Part shown: piece by piece, positions 57,514-64,000 of the stretch
Layout: each line of letters opens with the position of its first letter
Position numbering within the stretch: the first letter of the stretch is position 1
DNA from: Patescibacteria group bacterium
Lineage (GTDB): Bacteria > Patescibacteriota > Microgenomatia > UBA8517
Assembly: GCA_025999275.1 (NCBI GenBank)
Contig: AP024680.1
Location: 419,578-483,577 of the forward strand
DNA length: 64,000 nt
Direction: 5' to 3'
Program-made: the position numbers and the translations under genes
Notes under the pieces: generated by a model
What the model saw: only the letters and a program-made list of their open reading frames with translations
Databases searched by the model: none
Told to the model about the DNA's origin: nothing

Positions 57514-58399
57514 AATACTCGTAGTTGTATTAAATTACAATACTAAAGTTTTGACAGAAAAGTGCTTAAAAAGCATAGTGGATAAAAAGTGGAAAAGAAA
57601 AATTAAGGTGGTAGTGGTTGATAATGCTTCAACGGATGGTTCTTTGGAATACCTTAAAAAGAAATTTAAGACTGTTTCTTTTATTGTCTCTAAATCCAAT
57701 TTGGGTTTTGCTGGTGGAAATAACTTGGCACTTAAGAGGCACTTTAAAGATGCTGAATTTTGTTTAATTCTTAATTCTGATACAGAAGTCTTAGAAGGTT
57801 CTCTTGATAGTCTTTATGATTTTGCTAAATCTGGTTTTGATATTGCTTCTCCAAAGCTTATTAATAAAGATGGTTCTTTTCAGCCAAATGGGGGAGAATT
57901 GCCATATCTTTGGCCTTTATTTTTATGGCTTTCTGGACTTGATGATATATTTCGTCGATTTATAAATATTCCTTCTTATCAAGAGAGAAGTTTGTCTTAC
58001 TATAAAAAGGGTAGGGTTGGTTGGGTTTCGGGAACTGCAATGCTTGTTAAAAATGAGGTTTTTGATAGGATAGGCTTTTTTGATGATAATATTTTTATGT
58101 ATGGGGAAGATGTTGACTTTTGCTTTAGGGCAAGAAAAGCTGGATTTAAGATAGGATGGACAGATAGTGCAGAAGTTATTCATCTTGGGGGTGGTAGTCT
58201 TGATAGACCGCAATTTAGACAGTGGTTGGGTGAATTTAAGGGCCTTTTGTATTTTTACAAAAAACATTTTGGGAAAATGGCTAAAGTTGGTCTTTTAATC
58301 TTAATTTATATTTTTGTTTTCTTTCGTATAATTGCTTTTTGGTTTATTGGTAAGAAGGAATATGCTAAAACATATGTCAAAATACTTAGAGAGATTTGA
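57506..58399 (+). CDS. glycosyltransferase family 2 (rhamnosyltransferase-like)
   Basis: 'VVVLNYNTKVLTEKCLKSI...VVVVDNASTDGS...LILNSDTEV'. Confidence 0.85.
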   Translation: MVEILVVVLNYNTKVLTEKCLKSIVDKKWKRKIKVVVVDNASTDGSLEYLKKKFKTVSFIVSKSNLGFAGGNNLALKRHFKDAEFCLILNSDTEVLEGSLDSLYDFAKSGFDIASPKLINKDGSFQPNGGELPYLWPLFLWLSGLDDIFRRFINIPSYQERSLSYYKKGRVGWVSGTAMLVKNEVFDRIGFFDDNIFMYGEDVDFCFRARKAGFKIGWTDSAEVIHLGGGSLDRPQFRQWLGEFKGLLYFYKKHFGKMAKVGLLILIYIFVFFRIIAFWFIGKKEYAKTYVKILREI

Positions 58400-59828
58400 G
58401 GAGTTTTTATTTTGGTTTTTAATTACAATTTTATCGTTTGTAATTTTGTACCAAAAGTTTCCTTTTATTGAGATACCTAAAAGCGTTGTTTCAATAAGAC
58501 TTGAGGATTTTTTGATTTTGACTGCAGTTATTTTTTGGTCATTTTATGTTTTGGTTTCGGGAAAATTTAAAGATTTGGTTAAAGACAATTTATTTCAAGC
58601 CGTTGTTATTTTTTGGTTTGTTGGATTGGTTTCATCTTATTCTGCTATTTCGCTTATCCAGACTGTTTCTTTTTCTTCTGTTGTTTTTCATTTCTTAAGG
58701 AGAGTTGAACTTTTGATTCTTATATTTTTAGGAATGAGTATAAAGATAGACAAAAGGAGGTTTAATTTATTTCTTGCAACTTTGTTTTCGTCTTTATTGT
58801 TGGTCAATATTTATGGTGTAGGCCAACTTTATTTTCATTTTCCTAGTATATCAACCACAAATACTGAGCTTGCCAAAGGTAAGATAGTTTACTTGACTCA
58901 GGGTCAGAGAATAAATTCAACCTTTGCTGGTCATTATGATCTGGCTGTTTTTTTGGTGATGTGTATGATTTTGGTTTCTGCTTTTGTTATTTACCACTGG
59001 CCGTTTAAAGGTTTTTCTTTGCAAAAAAAGAGAAATAATATTTTTCTTTTCTCTATTTTTATATTTCTTTTAGCGTTTTCTTTTTATGTTTTTATGTTGA
59101 CTGCTGCTCGGCTTTCTTTTATTGCACTTGTTTTTGGTATATTGGCGCTTCTTGTCCTCTTGGGTAAAAAGAAGCTTATTTTTGTTGCATCTTTGATATT
59201 CTTGCTTGTTCTTGCCTATCCATCTCAGCTTAGAGATCGTTTTATTTTGACCATCAAGGTAAATATAAATAAGGAGTGGAATTCTTTTAATGCTTTAAAT
59301 AAAGAGCAAGAGCAAAGAAGTCAACTTAATATTCCAACTCTTCCATCTGGAAGTAAAAGACTTGATGTAGGTGAGGGTTTGCCTGCTGATGTTGTACCCG
59401 GAGAGCCTGTTAATATTGCTGAAGTGGCAGTTTATCGCTCTTTTGAGATAAGGACAAAAATCGAATGGCCAAGAGCTTGGCGCGCTTTTTTGAGAAACCC
59501 AATTTTGGGAAGTGGTTATTCTTCTGTTGATTTGGCAACTGATAATGATCTTTTAAGACTTTTAGCTGAGGTTGGAATTTTGGGGTTGTTAAGTTTTTAT
59601 TTGCTTATTTTTGCAATAATCAAAAGGCTCTTTTATTTTTGGCAGAATTCAAAAGGCTTTTTAAAGTACTATATTTCTGGATTAATAGCAATGCTTTTGG
59701 CATTTATAGTTAATAGTTTCTTAATCGATGTTTTTGAGGCAAGTAAGGTTGCTTCTTTACTTTGGCTTTTAATTGGAGTAACTTTTGGTTATTTGAATTA
59801 TAATTCTGGAAAGAAAACATATGTCTAA
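58374..59828 (+). CDS. O-antigen ligase / Wzy-type polymerase family membrane protein (Wzy_C domain)
   Basis: polytopic; 'RAWRAFLRNPILGSGYSSVDLATDNDLLRLLAEVGILGLLSFYLLI' matches O-antigen ligase domain; start ambiguous (58362 or 58374). Confidence 0.65.
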   Translation: MSKYLERFEEFLFWFLITILSFVILYQKFPFIEIPKSVVSIRLEDFLILTAVIFWSFYVLVSGKFKDLVKDNLFQAVVIFWFVGLVSSYSAISLIQTVSFSSVVFHFLRRVELLILIFLGMSIKIDKRRFNLFLATLFSSLLLVNIYGVGQLYFHFPSISTTNTELAKGKIVYLTQGQRINSTFAGHYDLAVFLVMCMILVSAFVIYHWPFKGFSLQKKRNNIFLFSIFIFLLAFSFYVFMLTAARLSFIALVFGILALLVLLGKKKLIFVASLIFLLVLAYPSQLRDRFILTIKVNINKEWNSFNALNKEQEQRSQLNIPTLPSGSKRLDVGEGLPADVVPGEPVNIAEVAVYRSFEIRTKIEWPRAWRAFLRNPILGSGYSSVDLATDNDLLRLLAEVGILGLLSFYLLIFAIIKRLFYFWQNSKGFLKYYISGLIAMLLAFIVNSFLIDVFEASKVASLLWLLIGVTFGYLNYNSGKKTYV

Positions 59829-61272
59829 AGTCAAAAAATTTATTTTTAGTGAACTGTTTTGGTTGTTTTTAATTTTGATTTTTGGTTTTTTGGTTAGAAT
59901 TTATAAGATTAATAACCCCTTGGCTGATTGGCATTCGTGGCGTCAAGCTGATACCTCCTCGGTCTCAAGAATTTATTTTGAAGAAGGAATAAACATACTT
60001 TATCCTCGATATTATGATATTTCAAGTATTCAATCTGGTTGGTTTAATCCAAATGGATATAGATTTGTTGAGTTCCCTCTTTTTAATGTTATTCATACAG
60101 TTTTGGCAAAACTGGGAGGGCCTTTGAATTTTGAGGGGTGGGGTAGGATGACAAGTATTATCTTTTCTCTTTTTTCTGTTGTCTTTGTTTACCTACTTGG
60201 AAAAAGGTTTATTTCTCCTCTTGGGGGATTGTTATCGGCATTTTTCTTTGCCTTTTTGCCCTACAACATTTATTACTCTCGTGTTATTTTGCCAGAGCCA
60301 ATGGCAACCAGTCTTGCTTTGTTTTCAGTTGTTTTATTTGTTTGGTTTTTAGACAGAAATAAACTCTTATTCTTTTACCTTTCTTCTGTTTTTTTATCTT
60401 TGGCTGTTTTAGTTAAGCCTCATGCAATTTTTTATCTTGTGCCCATAATTCTTTTGTTTATTGAAAAATACTCTCTTGATGGAATTTTCAAGAATTCTAG
60501 GAACTTTATTAGGCTGCTTTTGTTTTTTGTTATTTTAATTTTGCCTTTTTTAGCTTGGAGGGTGTGGGTTAATCAATTTCCAGCAGGTATTCCTTTTATG
60601 AAATGGTCTTTTAATGGTGATATGATTCGTTTTCACCCAGCGTTTTGGCGTTGGATTTTTGGTGAGCGTTTGGGATATTTAATTTTGGGCGTTTACGGTG
60701 TTTTTATTTTTGGTCTGGGTATAATCTCAAGGACAAGAAAGGAAAATTTTATTCGTTTCTTTTTAGTGGGAATGTTTTTATATGTTTCTATTTTTGCCGC
60801 AGCTAATGTTAGACATGATTATTATCAGATATTTATAATTCCTTCGGTAAGTTTAGCTTTGGCACAAGGTGGGGTTTTTCTAGTTTCTGATAGAAGAGTT
60901 GGTAAGATTGGTGTTTTTGCTTTTTCTGTTTTTATGATGTTTTTTATGTCTTTTTACAAAATTAAAGATTACTATCAAATTAATCATCCGGAAATTATAG
61001 AAGCGGGTAAGGCAGTAGATGAATTAACTCCAAAAAATGCTAGAATTATAGCACCATATAATGGGGATACTGCCTTTTTATACCAGACTAAACGTTTTGG
61101 CTGGCCAGCGGTTGACAGCTCGTTTGATAAACTAATTAATGAAAGAGGAGCTAAGTTTTATGTAAGCGTGGAGAAGGAAAGCCAAGATTCTAAATTTATT
61201 AGATCTCATTTTAAGTTGATAAAGGAAACAGACAGTTATTTTATTGCAGATTTAACTCAAAAAATAAAATGA
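59821..61272 (+). CDS. GT-C fold membrane glycosyltransferase, ArnT/PMT_2-like
   Basis: 'YKINNPLADWHSWRQADTSSVSRIYFEEG'; polytopic with C-terminal soluble domain. Confidence 0.6.
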   Translation: MSKVKKFIFSELFWLFLILIFGFLVRIYKINNPLADWHSWRQADTSSVSRIYFEEGINILYPRYYDISSIQSGWFNPNGYRFVEFPLFNVIHTVLAKLGGPLNFEGWGRMTSIIFSLFSVVFVYLLGKRFISPLGGLLSAFFFAFLPYNIYYSRVILPEPMATSLALFSVVLFVWFLDRNKLLFFYLSSVFLSLAVLVKPHAIFYLVPIILLFIEKYSLDGIFKNSRNFIRLLLFFVILILPFLAWRVWVNQFPAGIPFMKWSFNGDMIRFHPAFWRWIFGERLGYLILGVYGVFIFGLGIISRTRKENFIRFFLVGMFLYVSIFAAANVRHDYYQIFIIPSVSLALAQGGVFLVSDRRVGKIGVFAFSVFMMFFMSFYKIKDYYQINHPEIIEAGKAVDELTPKNARIIAPYNGDTAFLYQTKRFGWPAVDSSFDKLINERGAKFYVSVEKESQDSKFIRSHFKLIKETDSYFIADLTQKIK

Positions 61273-62486
61273 AAATCTTAATGCTTACTCCATATCTTCC
61301 TTTTCCTCCCTCATCAGGAGGGCAAATAAGGTCTTACAACTTGATTAAACACCTATCAAAAAAACACCAAATTACTCTTTTTTCTTTAATCAAGAGTGAC
61401 GATGAAAAAAAGTATATTTTTGAACTTGAAAAATATTGTGATAAAGTTAAGGTTTTCAAGAGGTCAAAAAGCCCTTGGACAGTCAAGAATATTCTGAAGA
61501 CAGGTTTTGGTACATATCCATTTTTGGTGGTAAGAAATCATGTTGATGAAGAGAAAGATACTATGGAGAAAGAATTAAAAAAGACTCAGTATGATGTTAT
61601 TCATGCCGAGACTTTTTATGTAATGCCACATATTCCAGAGACAAAAGTTCCTGTTTTATTAGTTGACCAGACTATTGAATATTTGGTTTACAAACATTAT
61701 GTAGATGAACAGGCTCCTTTTTTCTTAAGACCTCTTTTTTCTATTGATGTTGCCAAACTTAAATATTGGGAAAAGAAATATTGGGAGAAAGCAAATAGGG
61801 TGGTGGCAGTTTCTGAGGCAGATAAGAAAGAGATGCTTAAGGTTTCGCCACAACTTAAAGTTGATGTTTTGCCAAACGGTGTCGACCTGGGTTTTTTTAA
61901 GGCAAAGAACAACTGGTCTGATAAAGAACCAAAGATTCTTTTTGTTGCCAATTTTAAGTGGTTGCAAAATACAGAAGCAGCTGAAGCCTTGCTTGATATT
62001 GTTTTCCCTTTGATATCCAAGGAATTGCCTGCGGCAAAGCTTTGGATTGTTGGGCAACATATTCCAGATAAAATTAAAAAGAGATCAGGGAAGAATATTT
62101 TGATTAGCGATCTTGATTACGATGATGAGGAAACTATAAAGAAAGCTTATTACGAATCTTCTATTTTTATATCTCCTCTAAAAGGTCCTGGTGGAACTAG
62201 ACTAAAGCATTTTGCTGCCATGGCTTCAAAATTGCCCCTTTTAACCACTTCTGTAGGGGCTGAGGGATTGGGTGCAAAAAGAAATGTAAACATTTTAGTT
62301 GAAGATGATTTTGAAAAGATGGCCAAATCAGCTGTTTTTGTTTTAAACAACCCTAAAGTAGCCAAAAGACTTGCTGAATCTGCTCGTTTATTGGTTGAGA
62401 AAAACTTTAGTTGGGAAGTTATTTCGAACAAACTCGACAAGATTTATGAGGAAACTGTAAAAAGTTCTTATGGTAAAAAATCCTAA
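61269..62486 (+). CDS. glycosyltransferase family 4 (GT-B)
   Basis: 'MKILMLTPYLPFPPSSGGQIRSYNLIKHLSKKH' Glyco_trans_4-like N-terminal domain, C-terminal GT-B domain. Confidence 0.8.
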   Translation: MKILMLTPYLPFPPSSGGQIRSYNLIKHLSKKHQITLFSLIKSDDEKKYIFELEKYCDKVKVFKRSKSPWTVKNILKTGFGTYPFLVVRNHVDEEKDTMEKELKKTQYDVIHAETFYVMPHIPETKVPVLLVDQTIEYLVYKHYVDEQAPFFLRPLFSIDVAKLKYWEKKYWEKANRVVAVSEADKKEMLKVSPQLKVDVLPNGVDLGFFKAKNNWSDKEPKILFVANFKWLQNTEAAEALLDIVFPLISKELPAAKLWIVGQHIPDKIKKRSGKNILISDLDYDDEETIKKAYYESSIFISPLKGPGGTRLKHFAAMASKLPLLTTSVGAEGLGAKRNVNILVEDDFEKMAKSAVFVLNNPKVAKRLAESARLLVEKNFSWEVISNKLDKIYEETVKSSYGKKS

Positions 62487-63393
62487 ACTTTCAATTGTAA
62501 TTTTAAATTACAATACGAAAGATTTACTTTTTGATTGTTTGTCTTCTCTTCGCCGGGTTAAGAACGAGGTTGATTTTGAGATTATTGTTATTGACAACGC
62601 CTCTTTGGATGGGAGCTCTTTAATGATTAAAACTAATTTTCCAGAGGTTTTATTGATTGAAAATAAAAGTAATCTTGGTTTTGCTGCAGGAAACAATAAA
62701 GCAAAGATGTTCGTAAAAGGTGAATATGTACTTTTTCTTAATTCTGATACTGTTGTTTATAAAGGAGCGCTTAGGCAAACAGTTAAATATTTGGATAAAA
62801 ATCCTGATGTTGGGGCTGTGAGTTGTAAGCTGGTTTTATCTGATGGAAAGCTTGATAAAGATACTAGGAGGAGTTTTATTACTCCATGGATTGGGTTAGT
62901 TCACTTGGTTTTGAGGCTTGATAGAATTTTTCCTAGATCACCCCTTTTTGGACGTTATTGGTATGGTTATATTCCAGAGGATGAAGTTCATGAGGTAGAT
63001 GCTCTCCAGGGCGCTTTTTTTATGACTAGAAAAAAAATACTGGATGATGTTGGTTGGTTTGATGAAGACTATTTTCTTGATGGAGAAGATATTGACCTTT
63101 CTTGGAAAATAAAAGAAAAAGGTTGGAGATTGGTTTATTATCCCAAAGTGAAAATACTTCATCTAAAAGGTGCTTCTAAAGGAAAATTGGTTTCTAGGAG
63201 GAGGAGAAAAATTGGTTTGAGAGAAAGAGTAAGGATAAAACTTCAAGGAGTTAGATCGATGGAGATTTTTTATCGAAAAAGACTTTGGAGAAAATATCCT
63301 ATTTGGCTTAATATCTTAGTTTTGCTTGGTATTAGATTTCTTTTATTTTTGAGGTCTATTAAGGCTTTTTTTGAATGGATTATTTTTAGGTAA
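62470..63393 (+). CDS. glycosyltransferase family 2
   Basis: 'LSIVILNYNTKDLLFDCLSSL...IIVIDNASLDGS...LFLNSDTVV'. Confidence 0.85.
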   Translation: MVKNPKLSIVILNYNTKDLLFDCLSSLRRVKNEVDFEIIVIDNASLDGSSLMIKTNFPEVLLIENKSNLGFAAGNNKAKMFVKGEYVLFLNSDTVVYKGALRQTVKYLDKNPDVGAVSCKLVLSDGKLDKDTRRSFITPWIGLVHLVLRLDRIFPRSPLFGRYWYGYIPEDEVHEVDALQGAFFMTRKKILDDVGWFDEDYFLDGEDIDLSWKIKEKGWRLVYYPKVKILHLKGASKGKLVSRRRRKIGLRERVRIKLQGVRSMEIFYRKRLWRKYPIWLNILVLLGIRFLLFLRSIKAFFEWIIFR

Positions 63394-63405
63394 AGATGAA
63401 AGTTG

Positions 63406-64000
63406 TAATAGATGCCAGACTTTATGGGCTTGAAAATGCGGGTTTGGGTAGATATCTGATAAATCTTATCAATGAGATTGCAAGAATAAAAAAACCAAAG
63501 TTTGATTATGTTGTTATTTTAAGAAAAAAGTATTTTGATAGTTTAGATTTACCTTCGAATTTTAAGAAAGTTTGTCTTGATGTCAGACACTATTCTTTTT
63601 CAGAGCAATTTTTGCTGCCATTGTTTTTGTATAAGGAAAATCCGGATTTAGTTCACTTCCCCCATTTTAATGTTCCGATTTTATATTTTGGTAAGTATGT
63701 AGTTACCATACACGATATGCTAATGCATAGGTTTAAGGGAGTATCAAGCACTACCCTGCATCCATTTCTATATTTTATTAAAAGAATTTTCTATTATTTT
63801 GTTTTTTGGAAAGCGGTTGGGTTTGCAAAGTTTATTTTTGTTCCATCAGAATTTGTTGGTGGAGAAATAGGAGAAAGATTTTCATTTTCTAACCCTAAAA
63901 TAAGGGTTATTTATGAAGGAGTGAGTAATTTATTTTTAAATGATTTTCAAAGTAAAAAACTTTTATACAAAAAATATAATCTATCTCGAGATTACATAAT
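63406..64000 (+). CDS. glycosyltransferase family 4, 3'-partial (runs off window)
   Basis: 'MKVVIDARLYGLENAGLGRYLINLINEI' GT4 N-terminus; frame open to end of window. Confidence 0.7.

Noticed and set aside
1-64000. CRISPR arrays, rRNA, tRNA
   Set aside because: I looked for regularly spaced direct repeats with unique spacers and for rRNA/tRNA-like conserved segments and found none. The tandem repeats present are contiguous, with no spacers.

Overview
This 64 kb window is visibly AT-rich (roughly 30% GC by eye, not computed) and very tightly packed, with many 4-20 nt start/stop overlaps. Almost the whole window is one giant cell-envelope glycan-assembly locus of the kind seen in CPR/Patescibacteria-like genomes. 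I count at least 13 polytopic GT-C-fold membrane glycosyltransferases (PMT/ArnT/GT39-like, PIG-V/DUF2029-like, plus a YfhO), two of them frameshifted. Three of these paralogs lie in direct tandem at 2650-7450. The locus also holds 6 GT4 (GT-B) transferases and about 8 GT-A enzymes, several of them GtrB/DPM1-like polyprenyl-phosphate sugar transferases, one paired with DUF2304. A Wzx-like flippase and an O-antigen-ligase/Wzy-like protein are present. Sugar-nucleotide tailoring genes include GDP-mannose 4,6-dehydratase, an FdtA-like 3,4-ketoisomerase, a DegT-family aminotransferase, an LbH acetyltransferase, three SAM methyltransferases, an SDR and a divergent fold-type-II PLP protein. Non-glycan content sits in this backbone: (i) an IS200/RayT-like HuH-Y1 transposase gene bounded by inverted copies of a ~24 nt palindromic motif, with a third copy inside its own CDS; (ii) a ~2.3 kb island (19.83-22.19 kb) with a heptamer array, a G-poor 16-18 nt tandem repeat, a small coiled-coil protein built from four 21-nt in-frame repeats, an HExxH protein and three ~35-40 nt direct repeats; (iii) a NYN-domain protein preceded by a small ORF flanked by two identical 21-nt hairpins; (iv) a 'four helix bundle' (23S-IVS-type) gene enclosed by perfectly complementary 14-nt heptamer-repeat arms; (v) an AbiEii-like nucleotidyltransferase with a small upstream partner. 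Both broken GT-C paralogs are interrupted exactly at homopolymer tracts (T8 at 9957-9964 and A7 at 40957-40963). In each case deleting one base restores a full-length ~510-565 aa ORF, so these are either homopolymer assembly errors or slipped-strand ON/OFF switches. No rRNA, tRNA or CRISPR array was seen.
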